Below are positions 1-11,062 of a DNA stretch of 64,000 bases, piece after piece. Source of the DNA: an uncultured Nitrososphaeraceae archaeon (GTDB lineage Archaea > Thermoproteota > Nitrososphaeria > Nitrososphaerales > Nitrososphaeraceae); assembly GCA_963837175.1 (NCBI GenBank), contig CAWIMJ010000056.1:1-64000 (forward strand). Reading direction: 5' to 3'. The notes beneath the pieces were generated by a model. It was not told the DNA's origin. It did not search any database and worked only from the letters and a program-made list of their open reading frames with translations. The translations under genes were made by a program, and so were the position numbers. The number at the start of each line of letters is the position of its first letter. The first letter of the stretch is position 1.

Positions 1-315
1 ACCACCACCACTCTCCATAATATATAGCATTAAAATCGTAAAAATGGGATATAAAATTTGTTTTCTATAGATCTCTGTTAACATGTTAGCATTGTATCTT
101 AGTGTAAGAAGTGATCTATTACTGGCTATTTTCAATTAATCGATAACTAGAGTATCTTTTATGGATGTCTTCTTCTACTTCTTTTTACTGCATAAAAATA
201 AAATATTAGTAGGAGTGATTCTGAAACTAGCAGTATTTTAGTTAATACATCCACCCATACATCAAAAGACAACAGTAGTAAACGTTAAAGTCTTTGTAGT
301 TTATTCAACTATCAA

Positions 316-533
316 ATGAGTAACTTTTATGATTGGTAGAAGACAGTTCCAGCTGATTTACAGCAGAAAAGCCGTAAGGGTGATGAGGCAAATAAGCCGT
401 TGTTAAACCAAATTAACTATGCTTTTTTCTGTATTTCGATTCGGCCGGCAAGCATGACATTAAGCCATCTCATGAAGAACTAAAGGACTGGTTGCATAGT
501 AGTCAAGTAGATGTCCTACGGATCAACAAGTAG
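316..533 (+). pseudogene. Decayed small hypothetical protein (MSNFYDW*KTVPADLQQK...KPSHEELKDWLHS)
   Basis: Manual translation: in-frame TAG at codon 8 (probably from TGG) and a frameshift in the T-run at ~423-428; the frame otherwise looks coding. Confidence 0.4.
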
Positions 534-932
534 GCAAATAGAAAATCAGCTACTTATTATTTTTAAACTTAAATTAATCAGAGGCTGTTATTTACAATAC
601 TCTAAATTTGATAAGCAAAGCATACCAGAACACCTTAAAGTCTTGAAGAAATAAATCCCGATCCACATAATTTTAGCCTAGACATCTGTTACTGCATGGG
701 CTGGAATTCCAGCACGAGGAGTAACTGCAAACTTTACCCCATTTAAATACAATACACTTATGCAAACCTGCAAAGAAAAAGTATCTTTTCTTTGATAGGA
801 GCATTCAAGGATATCTCTACTGTATATATATGTTCTAAATGCTGCAAATAACACCATTCAACATCCAAATGTAGAAAAATAGATGCAGACGTATATAATT
901 TTGATATATAGTTTATAGACCAATTTTCTAGT

Positions 933-1934
933 ATGTCAGGTAATTCTGATAATAATAATAAGAGAAGAAGGGTTGTAGCAGTAACAGGTTCTGGTAAAGG
1001 GATCGGTAAAGCAATTGCAATGGAATTTGCTAAAGCTGGATATTACATAATGATAAATGACTTTGAGCAAGAAGAAGAGTTAAAACGTACAGCAGAAGAA
1101 ATATCAAAATTAGTGAGTGATGACAAGGAGAATAATAATAATAATAAAATTGCATATCTCGTTGGAGATATTTCACAAGAGCAAATTAGTATATCGTTGA
1201 TAGAAGAGACAATAAAAAGATTCGGAGGAATTGATGTATTGATAAATAATGCAGAAATTGCTGAAAAACCAACAACTACGAAAAAAACAACACCACAAAC
1301 AACAAATGAAATAACTACTACTAATGCTACTAATTCTTTTCATAAACAAATATCACCTTATTTTACATTAGAGGAATATGAAATTGCAGACTTGTACCTA
1401 AAGGGTGTATATCTTTGTATCAGAGAAGCAGTTAAGCGAATGGTAATGAAGGTATCGAATGAAAAGAAAAAAGAAGGTAAACATAATAATAATAAAAGAA
1501 AGAGGAATATTTACTCAATTATCAATATATCCTCTCCCTATCAATCAATACCAAAGCCTGAAGCAGATGAATATACTTTCTCAATGTCGGGAGTAGATCC
1601 TTTCACCTCATCGAGAGTAGGAGTAAAAAGTCTAACTAAAACTGTGGCATTACAGCTAGCAGAGAAAGGAATACGAGTAAACGCTATAGCACCAGGTCTT
1701 ATAGCTACTGATATAGTAAATAAAGAATTACTTGAAAATGAAGAAAAAAGAAGAGAAAAGGAAAAAGAGATTCCTTTCCATAGAATTGGAGAAGTTGAGG
1801 AAATAGCGAAGATTGCTTTATTTCTAGCATCAGATGATGCAAGCTATATTACAGGAAGTATGATATATGCAGATGGTGGTCTTTCATTGCCTCGTTCTAA
1901 TTATTTTTTAGAGAGCAAATTAGAACAAGATTAA
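933..1934 (+). CDS. SDR-family (glucose 1-dehydrogenase-like) protein with atypical active site
   Basis: TGSGKGIG Rossmann motif, IDVLINNA, GIRVNAIAPG, YITGSMIYADGG; YxxxK is replaced by FTSSR; Asn/Thr-rich insertions. Confidence 0.85.
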   Translation: MSGNSDNNNKRRRVVAVTGSGKGIGKAIAMEFAKAGYYIMINDFEQEEELKRTAEEISKLVSDDKENNNNNKIAYLVGDISQEQISISLIEETIKRFGGIDVLINNAEIAEKPTTTKKTTPQTTNEITTTNATNSFHKQISPYFTLEEYEIADLYLKGVYLCIREAVKRMVMKVSNEKKKEGKHNNNKRKRNIYSIINISSPYQSIPKPEADEYTFSMSGVDPFTSSRVGVKSLTKTVALQLAEKGIRVNAIAPGLIATDIVNKELLENEEKRREKEKEIPFHRIGEVEEIAKIALFLASDDASYITGSMIYADGGLSLPRSNYFLESKLEQD

Positions 1935-2314
1935 TTAGTTGAATACTCGTGGATTTGCTGCTCATAAGATGTCTAAATATAATTAATTAGTAACTATGAG
2001 TTAACTTTCCTTATTATAATAATAATGACATTGAAAACCATATTAACCTTCAATCTTTGTTGTTAATAGTTATTTAAGAAATCGGTATAGATTTTATATA
2101 TTTTATTTTATTTTATTTTACCGATTAATTGTTGTGCTGCTGGTTTTTTTGTTATCACTCTTCTTTCTAGGCTTAAATTCTAAATCTACTTCATGTTTAT
2201 TGTTATAATTAAAAAGCTTCATTGGATAAGGTATGAAAGATTGATATTTCCATATTCAATCATAGGACATTTAAGTTAATTTTTCCTATAAAAGTATAAT
2301 ACTTCTAAGTAGCT

Positions 2315-2704
2315 TTATTTTATTTTATTTAAAAATTCTAACACTACTCCACGCTTAGCGTCATAATCAAATTTGTATACTTCATTTTTATTTATTGACA
2401 TTGATTCTACGTTACCCTCAATACAGATAGGATAACGCGAGGGAGGAGCATCTCCTCTCCTTCTTCCTGCTGTAAATGAAGTCATAGTGCTAATATATGA
2501 AGCACACCAGAAACATGATTGACATATAAGAAAGGAAATTTCCTCAGAAATCCTCCTTCCAATATGATTATCGATAACATTTTTCTGCTCCTCCTCTTCT
2601 CTTCTACTGCTTCTTATCTCCTCTTCTGTTTTTACCTTTAGAATAACACTAAGAGCATAATTTTTTTGAATTAATGAATTATTTTTTGTTGTTGATTTTG
2701 CCAT
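2315..2704 (-). CDS. Nitrososphaeraceae-type hypothetical protein, degenerate zinc ribbon
   Basis: FLICQSCFWCAS ... YPIC ... YKFDYDAKRGVVLEF pattern. Confidence 0.55.
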   Translation of the reverse strand: MAKSTTKNNSLIQKNYALSVILKVKTEEEIRSSRREEEEQKNVIDNHIGRRISEEISFLICQSCFWCASYISTMTSFTAGRRRGDAPPSRYPICIEGNVESMSINKNEVYKFDYDAKRGVVLEFLNKIK

Positions 2705-3258
2705 TTCAAACCTACGATTATATTCTGATTTAATAAGAATGTTTTTGCAATCGAAAAGTTGCTTCTACTTTAGTATTTGTTATATTCTCTATAACTATTC
2801 AGAATTTATCTTATAATACTAAAAATAAATGATTAGGATAGTAATGCATCGGATTTGTAGAAAACATCATCAATGTATTATAAGATTATTCAGTCTGTGC
2901 ATATTGTAGAATGCATATAAATGATAATTCTCTATTCTGCATCCTTGTCAAACTTGATGTGAGGTAATCATCAAATAATTGTTTTATAACTGAAATTCTA
3001 GTTTCATCATTGCAATTTTGGCTCTAAGTTAAGACTGATTACCTCTCAAGAATCTAATCATTGTAGTGAATTTGATATGTCTAATTGCGGCATTTGGCAT
3101 GAATACATGATCATACAGGAGTAAAGATTATGCGTTAAAACAGGGTTAAGTATTGGATATAATATAGATGTTCGACGAAAATCTTCTATTCTATTACTAA
3201 GAGCCTATCCCAAAAATAGATAGTAATATAGCTTGTTAGTTTATTATCATATCTGATA

Positions 3259-3624
3259 ATGTTTAAGAATAAAAAGTATGTTAGAACAATTATACGCATT
3301 CCAGATGATATGTGGAATGAAATTAAAAATATTTTACCAGATGAGAAACCAGAGAACACAATAGGCAGACCAATTGTTCCTTATAGAAAAGTACTTGATG
3401 GTGTCCTGTTTGTCTTGAGAACTGGATGTCAATGGAAAATGTTACCTAAAGAGTATGGCTCTGGTTCAACATGCCATAGAAGATTTCAGGAATGGAGGCA
3501 ATCTGGTATCTTTGATAAATTATGGATCCGACTGTTAAAAATATACGATAACAAGAGAGGAATCAAATGGAACTGGCAGTCACTTGATAGTATATCAGTA
3601 AAATCACCTTTAGGGGGGCGATGA
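3259..3624 (+). CDS. IS5-family transposase, N-terminal ORF
   Basis: GRP...VLDGVLFVLRTGCQWKMLP..YGSGSTCHRRFQEW; ends DSISVKSPLGG at a G6 run (3613-3618). Confidence 0.92.
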   Translation: MFKNKKYVRTIIRIPDDMWNEIKNILPDEKPENTIGRPIVPYRKVLDGVLFVLRTGCQWKMLPKEYGSGSTCHRRFQEWRQSGIFDKLWIRLLKIYDNKRGIKWNWQSLDSISVKSPLGGR

Positions 3625-4082
3625 CCGGTCATAATCCTACTGACAGGAGTAAATTAGGAACCAAAAGGCATATTCTAGCAGATAAAGATGGTATTCCACT
3701 ATCTGCTATTCTAACATCTGCAAATACTCACGATGTTACTGTTGCAATTGATACAGTTGATAGTATGGTTCTCAAAAGATCATCATACAAACTAAATCAT
3801 AGAAAGAAACAGAATCTATGTCTTGATAAAGCATATCATTCCAAAGATTTAGAACAAGAAATTATCAAGAGAGGATACATTCCACATATACGATACAGAA
3901 GAGAAGAACAAATATTTCATAGAAAACATCCCTTAAGACGATGGGTTGTAGAGAGAACAAATTCATGGCATAACAGATTCAGGAAATTATTTACAAGGTA
4001 TGAAAAGAAGGATGAGAACTATCTTGGTCTTGTACAATTGGCAAACAGCATAATTATTTACAGGAGGATAATTTTGGGATAG
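3621..4082 (+). CDS. IS5-family transposase, C-terminal DDE ORF
   Basis: GTKRHILADKDGIPL, ANTHD, LDKAY, RWVVERTNSWHNRFRKL..RYEK. Confidence 0.92.
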   Translation: MTGHNPTDRSKLGTKRHILADKDGIPLSAILTSANTHDVTVAIDTVDSMVLKRSSYKLNHRKKQNLCLDKAYHSKDLEQEIIKRGYIPHIRYRREEQIFHRKHPLRRWVVERTNSWHNRFRKLFTRYEKKDENYLGLVQLANSIIIYRRIILG

Positions 4083-4586
4083 GCTCTAAGTATGCCATAA
4101 ACGTTAATTAATAAATTTCAGCTTGAAATTTTACACTAACTATATCTTGGGTTAAAAACAAATTAGAATAACCCTCTTAGACTAAACCATTTCACATCAT
4201 GTAAATGGATTACATACACATAGTTAATTTAATTTTTCTATCGGGCTCCGATGTCATTTGAAAATCTCAATCTCTAATATTATTTAAAGAGATTCCAAAT
4301 TGTATATAATTCATTGTGATTAATGTGTGGTAAAAAACCTTAATTGGTAATAATTTTTGTTTCAATGGTAAAGAACTATTTTGAAAGATATTCTTTTATT
4401 GGAATTTGTGTTATTCATATATTATAGAGGTTCTATTAACAATCTAATGTAAGGAAAAAAGGAGACTTCATAGAATCATTGAAATGGAGAGAGGATTGGG
4501 AATAAAGATATGCGTATTATCTTTTTTCCATGAAGAATTCCAGTCAACTTCCATGAAATACTAGCATTGCTAAGATTCTGTAAATG

Positions 4587-4712
4587 TTACTTGTTTATAA
4601 TAATAACCCAACAGCAACATTCATCCTTGATACAATTTGGGCATTCTATCTTTGATTTACTAGATTTACATTCTTTTGGTAAACAGCCACAATCTGCACA
4701 TTTAATCTGCAT
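4587..4712 (-). CDS. 41-aa Cys-rich (9 Cys) metallothionein-like microprotein, not in ORF track
   Basis: MQIKCADCGCLPKECKSSKSKIECPNCIKDECCCWVIIINK*; ATG at 4712, TAA at 4587; TATA-like TATATTTAAG ~40 nt upstream. Confidence 0.7.
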   Translation of the reverse strand: MQIKCADCGCLPKECKSSKSKIECPNCIKDECCCWVIIINK

Positions 4713-4950
4713 AAATAAAATATTATCTATTACTACAGAAAATAAAATTGTCTTAAATATACATTTTAGTTTAAAATAGTCAAATCATGTTTCTTACAGA
4801 ATAATAGATGTAATGGTGTTGCTGATAATGATGTTTTATTTGACTAAACAAAAAATGGCTTGTAGAGTAAGAATAAAAGCTAAAGATTAAAAACTGTTGA
4901 AATGAATTAAATATTGAAAATATACTCTAAAAAATAAAAGAAGTTAGCTT

Positions 4951-5420
4951 TTACTGCTTGGAGAATCGTTGCTGTTGATCCGCAGAAAAGGCTGTACAAG
5001 CCTTTGCGACATTATTGCTAAATTCTGTTACTGCATCAAGTGTTTGATTATATACTTTCAGATTCTCTCTTGCCACGTCTACTGCATTAATTGCTAGTTG
5101 ATTATTGATGCCAACTGTTCTTAATGTATTGTTAGTAATTTCATTTGATTGTCTTGTAAATTGCTCTGAGTATGGCACTGACATTGGGATGTTAAAGTTT
5201 CCTACCAATTGCTTTTGAGCTGAAATTGTATTCTCTATTACATTCTTTCCGCCTGGATATAATCTAGCTGAAGATTAGAGATTGCTTGTGCATATTGTGG
5301 TTGAACACTTGCCATCTGATCTACTGCTCTAACAAAATTTTCTGTTACTGTGTCAAATACATGAGTTGCACTATTTGATCCTACAGTGCTGCTTTCATTT
5401 TTTGATTTATCATATTCCAT
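4951..5420 (-). pseudogene. Frameshifted helical Gln/Asn-rich hypothetical protein (phasin-like, related to 11617..12135)
   Basis: The two ORFs join into one frame through a single indel near 5250 (YIQA>KNVIENTISAQKQLVG). Confidence 0.6.
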
Positions 5421-6075
5421 TTTAAATACACTATTAATGGGTAATAGGACTATATAAAGTCTGGTAGCAAATGGTAATGATTACCATACAAAGCCTCTGA
5501 AATATAACAATGATTTGTATTGTATAATCGCCGTCACCCATTATCAGCCAACCTAATCAAAGTGATATCTACGGAATAGGAAGAGCCAGAAACTTATCAT
5601 AATAGCAAGGCGATATAGATGATTGATTTAATAACTGCATTGTAATAGTTTCTTCTGCGATCCCCATTCCTTAATATTGTAATATGCGGCTTAAGAGAAA
5701 AAGGATACCTCCATAGATACTTCGATTACAGTAACCTTCGATCAAGTAATTATATCAATTTTATCGTTAGCATCTAAGTTAATAGAGGAAATAGATTACA
5801 TAAGAAAATATAGAAATCTATGTAAGATTTAGGCGGCTATATTTTTTATATAATACAACAATAGATAAGTTTCTGTAAACATAAATTTTTCTGTTACAAT
5901 ATATTATCTGGAAGAATAGATGAAGAATAGGTCATTAGATTTTCTAATGGTAACAAAATATAGGTAGAACAAAAATAAAATTGTATAAAAAATATTAGAA
6001 ATAATATTTACGATATTCTAAAAAACCAAGAAAATATTTATGTTAATGAGCGAATAAGATTTATATTTTTCTCCT

Positions 6076-7053
6076 CTACTTGTATTTCTTCCAATCTATT
6101 TCCTTCAGAGCTTTATTAACCAAATCTAAACATTCACGGTTTTTTTGTTCTATTTCTATTTGAGTATAAGGTGTTTGATCATTTAGCCTTTTGTTACGCT
6201 CCTCTAACTTGCTATAGAAATCGTCAATTCGAAGATAATCATCCACATGTGTAATAAATCGCTTATTTCTCTTTAGATACCAATTACTTAAAGGTTTAGG
6301 TGTCCCCCACGGTGAGTAATATTTCCATTGATTGTGTAAAATCTTTGTAGTGTTAGGATCATCACTCAAATCACGACGAATGTTAATCATCTCACGTACA
6401 ACACCAGTAAGGAACCTTAGTCTAAGCTTTTTTGTAAGAAATAACAAATAATATACTGGAACGCCAACTAAAGCACCAAAATATAGCATCGTCAGTAAAG
6501 GGTATCTGTCCCATCAGCTAGCCAGTATCTCTTGTGGAGTATATTGATTAGTTATCTCTTTTTGTTTTTTTCCCACGGTACTGCCCTGGTCATAAATGAG
6601 AGAAGCCCTATAATCCTCATAAGATTGATTTGTTTTAGAGTCAATTAGTGTTTCTATTAGAATGTCTGACCCCCCTCCATGAACTAACTTTGCTGCCTTT
6701 ATTTCCAGAAATCTTTCGTTAATTGTCATTGGGATATTACTATGCAGTATTGTATTGTTAAAATCAGGCAAGGATAAATGACTAGTGCTAAATATATTGG
6801 TGACAGTCATGATTTTTTTAGGGCTGTCTATTAACAAGGAGAGATTAGTAGCAGGTACGACTCCAATATTTCTTATATCGAATCTGGTCCTCTGACCGTT
6901 ACCTTCTATATTTGGGATAATATCAAGTATAACGTTGGGTTTGCTGTAAATTTGATTATAGATGGTAGTTATCAAGAAAGGAGCTATTGCGGCAACTATA
7001 CCCACAATTGCCACTAGAATATGGCAAAACTTGACCAATTTACCATAAATCAT
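6076..7053 (-). pseudogene. Membrane-anchored hypothetical protein interrupted by one in-frame TGA (6514-6516)
   Basis: ORFs 6514..7053 and 6076..6489 are in the same frame: ILAS*WDRYPLLTMLYFG. Confidence 0.6.
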
Positions 7054-7292
7054 TTTATATTAATTATGTTGCTTATTTACATTTCTCCTAACATTCATTA
7101 AAAAACAATCAAATATTAATGAAATGTGTTTTCATTCCATTATATATTCAGAACGATTTTTATCAGAGAAACAAATACTTATCGTGTTCTTGCGACGCAT
7201 GCGGCTATTTGCTCCTTATTTACAGTAATATACTACATTTTAATGAAAAAGATGTCTATAAGTTGGGTGGGAAAATAGAGTCAATTCTGTCC

Positions 7293-7310
7293 CGAATCCC
7301 ACCGAACCCG
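7293..7310 (+). other. tRNA 3'-end fragment (att-like site)
   Basis: CGAAT-CCCAC-CGAACCC-G fits T-loop end, 5-nt T-stem strand, 7-nt acceptor strand and discriminator; no 5' tRNA half upstream. Confidence 0.45.
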
Positions 7311-7588
7311 CTAACATTATCGGTTCATATACTATTTGGAAAACATAGAATATTGTATCTTGTACAAGAATCCATATGCTAATGCCCGTAAATTAACTAC
7401 AACAATCAAAAAATTATGTCTATACCAACCGATAAACTCCTTGTTTAGTATTATTGACTTATTTTCAATCCTTGCAATTACGAAATTCAGTACTTCTCCA
7501 TATAGAGATTTTGGCCAGAATTCATCTCAGCAGAAAACTATCGTAGCCTAATAATGCTAATATCTATAATGAACCTAATCAAACTAGT

Positions 7589-8209
7589 ATGACTACTGAT
7601 GTATTTACACCAAAAGTAAAATTAGAACACGTTATTTCTTTTAGCGATGCTGTTTTTGCATTTGCAATAACTCTTATGGCTATTTCAATAGATATACCTG
7701 ATTTACCTACTAATTTAACACAATCTCAATTACTTGGCAAATTGTATGAGATGTATCCACAAGTCGAAAGCTATCTTATCAGCTTTGCAGTAATTGCTAT
7801 TTTCTGGATTTCTTACCATCAGGTCTTCAATCATATTATGGGATCGCCTATCCAAATCGTTTATCTTAATTTATTATTTCTTATGTTTATAACCCTCTTA
7901 TCTTTATCTACTTCACTTGTAATAAACTATGGTTCATATCAGATCCCATACATTGTTTATTGTACCATTGTAATAATGACAAGTTCTATACTTGCAGTTA
8001 TATGGTGGTATGCAACAAGAGATCGCAAATTAATAAACAAGAGTATTCATCCACTTTTTGTGAAAGGTGTTATGATAAACCTTCTTTCAATTCCTGCAGT
8101 ATTTTCCCTTTCAATTTTTGTATCATTCATAGATCTAAATATTGCACAGTATATTTGGTTGGGAATTGTACCATTGAGCATTGTTATTAGAAAAAAGTAT
8201 AAACATTGA
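7589..8209 (+). CDS. TMEM175/DUF1211-family potassium channel
   Basis: FSDAVFAFAITL signature, YLISFAVIAIFWISYH, about six TM segments. Confidence 0.9.
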   Translation: MTTDVFTPKVKLEHVISFSDAVFAFAITLMAISIDIPDLPTNLTQSQLLGKLYEMYPQVESYLISFAVIAIFWISYHQVFNHIMGSPIQIVYLNLLFLMFITLLSLSTSLVINYGSYQIPYIVYCTIVIMTSSILAVIWWYATRDRKLINKSIHPLFVKGVMINLLSIPAVFSLSIFVSFIDLNIAQYIWLGIVPLSIVIRKKYKH

Positions 8210-8345
8210 TTTACATCATGAGACCTTCCGACAATCATAACATATTTCAATTGTTTATACAGATTAAGATCCTATCCTCAAACAATCAACTTAAATTATA
8301 TAAGCATTAATTGTAATATAATATATTTAAATTGATCAAATAATA

Positions 8346-8970
8346 TGATGATGATAATACTTCATCAGCTATTCGGAATGTTTGTATTGCTTACTACATG
8401 GAGAAAGCCTTTAATTCTAGCGTAACTAGCATAATTTAGAATCCTATTATAGAACCGATAGCGATAGGTCAAGGATAAGAGGAAAAGAAGACTACAATAA
8501 CTGACGTTAATTTCGGTTCTCCGCAAAATAATACCTTTAGTTTAGGACGTCCATTTCTAGTTCAGTATGCTAATTCAACTAGCGTAAAGCCATTTGGCAA
8601 GGCTAGCTTGAATAACTTTGAAATAACATTTACTGGCCATGGAATTATAAATGGAATTATTAAATATATTGATAATGGTAGTGGTATTTTCTTAACTAAT
8701 CCTGATAATCTAACTGTATACCAAAAAGGAGTGATTGAATTAAGAACAGAAAATGGTAACGACAGCATAAAAACAACTTATGAATCTCTTGGTATCCCTA
8801 TTCACACTTCTGATAGACATTTACTTCTGGACAATGGCGTTATGTTCTTTAATGTATCGCCAACTAATGGAGGAGAACTGTCATTTCTCAATAATAAGGT
8901 AGGCATTTATAAAGATACACTAGATCGTGACAGACTCAATCTTACAACTATAGTATGGGGATGGAACTAG
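8346..8970 (+). pseudogene. Secreted hypothetical protein, 5' part broken by stops
   Basis: The frame of 8608..8970 extends upstream through in-frame stops to a hydrophobic N-terminus; ends TTIVWGWN. Confidence 0.45.
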
Positions 8971-8976
8971 TAAAAT

Positions 8977-9339
8977 ATGATGATAGCAAAACGAAAACTA
9001 CTCTTACTCATAGGTATCGCCATAACTGGAATATCTTTAGGAGTAGGAGTATGGGCTGCAACAATGACGGCACCAACAACCGTCAAAATAATTGAATGCT
9101 TGAGCAAGAAGGACCCAAATCAAACATTTACAGGGCCAAATTTAAAAGGCCAGTTAGAAGAATGTGCTTCTCAGTATCCATACAATCCTACTGCAGGACT
9201 TGTATTTAGTATAAGCAACTTGTTATTTTGGACTGGCATCATAATAGTAGTGGTAGCTGTAATATTGATTATACGCGATTGGTATGTTAGAAGGAAGACT
9301 GGAAGCGTGAAAAGTAAGAGTAGTAGATATGATAAATAA
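8977..9339 (+). CDS. Two-TM membrane protein with a Cys pair in the loop
   Basis: Two hydrophobic segments and a basic C-terminal tail. Confidence 0.55.
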   Translation: MMIAKRKLLLLIGIAITGISLGVGVWAATMTAPTTVKIIECLSKKDPNQTFTGPNLKGQLEECASQYPYNPTAGLVFSISNLLFWTGIIIVVVAVILIIRDWYVRRKTGSVKSKSSRYDK

Positions 9340-9631
9340 TAGAGGAACAAAAGAAGGAGAAGAAGGCAACAACTGGTTCACACCTAGGAATGTGCTGGTC
9401 TATTGCATAATTGTGGGAGTAATTATGGCTCCCCTCTCTATTTTCATAGACTGGTTAATTCTACTTTCTACAGCGGCCTTTGTATTTGCGTCAATTACAG
9501 TATGGTATATGTTTGCAGAGAAATTTCATAGATGGAGAGAAGGAAGAAACAGGAGCAGAATTGAACAGGTCTTATTTAATCTATTCCAATATCTAAAACA
9601 ACAAATTCGCTTTATCAAAGTTAGAAGATGA
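9329..9631 (+). CDS. Small membrane hypothetical protein
   Basis: Two TM helices; overlaps the upstream gene in operon fashion. Confidence 0.5.
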   Translation: MINNRGTKEGEEGNNWFTPRNVLVYCIIVGVIMAPLSIFIDWLILLSTAAFVFASITVWYMFAEKFHRWREGRNRSRIEQVLFNLFQYLKQQIRFIKVRR

Positions 9632-10203
9632 AAGGGACTTGCGTATACCAATTATCTTCTATCTCCATTTACAATCCTACAAGCCCAAGTCTGTTTCACT
9701 GTTTGTTTTCCCAAGCAATAGATTGTTTGTCTTTTTACTTCTTCAAGTCTGATGATGAAGGGGCTGTGAAAGCAATGAAGACTCTAGAGAAAGAATGGCA
9801 GTTCAATATTTTTTGCAATTACAGAATTAGTGTTATATTGTGATAGTTTACTGTTGTTTTTCATATTATTTAAGACTAAAGTGCTCATTATACTGCTATT
9901 TCCAGTACCATTCTATTGTTAATTCTGGAAGATATTATCTATAATGACTTCACTACAATCACTGTATTCACATTCTATAAGTGTTGTTTTAATATTAAGC
10001 ACTGCCCATTTAGGTATTTACTTTTGTTAACCTCACTTAGCGAAATATTTCTCACTCTTTCATTAATTCCAAATATACATCCTCCCGAATATAATAGCAA
10101 TGTATTATGATAAAACATAAACATTGTCATATTATGACAGTTGTGTCAACATATCAAAAGTCGGTTTTACCTAAGTAGATAACTTAGTTCAGATGCTACG
10201 ATT

Positions 10204-10446
10204 ATGATGATGATGAAACATCAAAGTTCAATATTAGAAATAACAATAGCAGCTGTGGTTATAGCAACTGTGCTAGCATTGTCAGTTCTTGTACTTGTTA
10301 CCCAAGAAGCAAATGCAGCAGGAGTCAGTACCAAAGCCAGTTTAAAACAAACTCAATTGAATAGATGTACTGACAGTGCAAAATGCAGTAATACCAGTAT
10401 GATTACATTTAGGTTAGGTGGCGGTGGCAACGGTCCTAACCATTAG
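10204..10446 (+). CDS. Small secreted protein with CxxxxxC
   Basis: Signal peptide ending EANA; NRCTDSAKCSN. Confidence 0.55.
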   Translation: MMMMKHQSSILEITIAAVVIATVLALSVLVLVTQEANAAGVSTKASLKQTQLNRCTDSAKCSNTSMITFRLGGGGNGPNH

Positions 10447-10694
10447 GTTATGATTAATATACAATCATCGTATCGGATTTGCATAATGCTATAATTCCTC
10501 TTAATTTTATTTCTTTCAGAACATTATATGTTACAACATCAAATAAATTATAATAGAGGTATCTTACTTTCATTAATCAATTTGTATTTTGAACTGTTTG
10601 TTAACCATTAATTAATGTCTATGAGTGTTATAGTCTAAATACTTAAACAACTTCAATACATATCCAAAATCTGCTGAGTTAGACTGTTTTCCTA

Positions 10695-11062
10695 TCATCC
10701 TTTCGTAAATCCAATAGTAAATCCAGCTGATATACTACCTGTCAATGGGAAAGCTAGTCTTTGCCAATGAGGAAACTGTTGCAGCAGCATTGCTATCATC
10801 TCTATTACCAGTACTAATACCTGGAATCTGCATAGTTAGATTTGAAAGTATAGTGATAGTATGTTCAGACATTTGTTGAAGTTTATTCAAGTTTATGTTT
10901 GCTAGCTGTTGACTCTGAAGATATGCTAATCCAGCTAGAAATAATCATACTATTACAGCTACTAATTTGATTACTTTCTTTAAAGCATATCCAATTAGAA
11001 CACCTACAAAGAAGCCACCGCCTATAGTAGCTGCAGTTGGTCAAGATTTCAACAATGCTTAT
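10695..11062 (-). pseudogene. FUN14-family membrane protein pseudogene, not in ORF track
   Basis: ATIGGGFFVGVLIGYALKKVIKLVAVIV*LFLAGLAYLQ ... PLTGSISAGFTIGFTKG*; contains stops and a frameshift. Confidence 0.8.

Larger units (their letters stand above)
3201..4086 (+). mobile_element. Intact IS5-family insertion sequence (886 bp, two-ORF type)
   Basis: Perfect 15-bp TIRs GAGCCTATCCCAAAA (3201-3215) and TTTTGGGATAGGCTC (4072-4086); TAA duplicated on both flanks; split transposase inside. Confidence 0.95.

Noticed and set aside
4567-4779. Plus-strand 70-aa ORF in the track
   Set aside because: No motif; better explained as the shadow of the Cys-rich minus-strand ORF 4587..4712.
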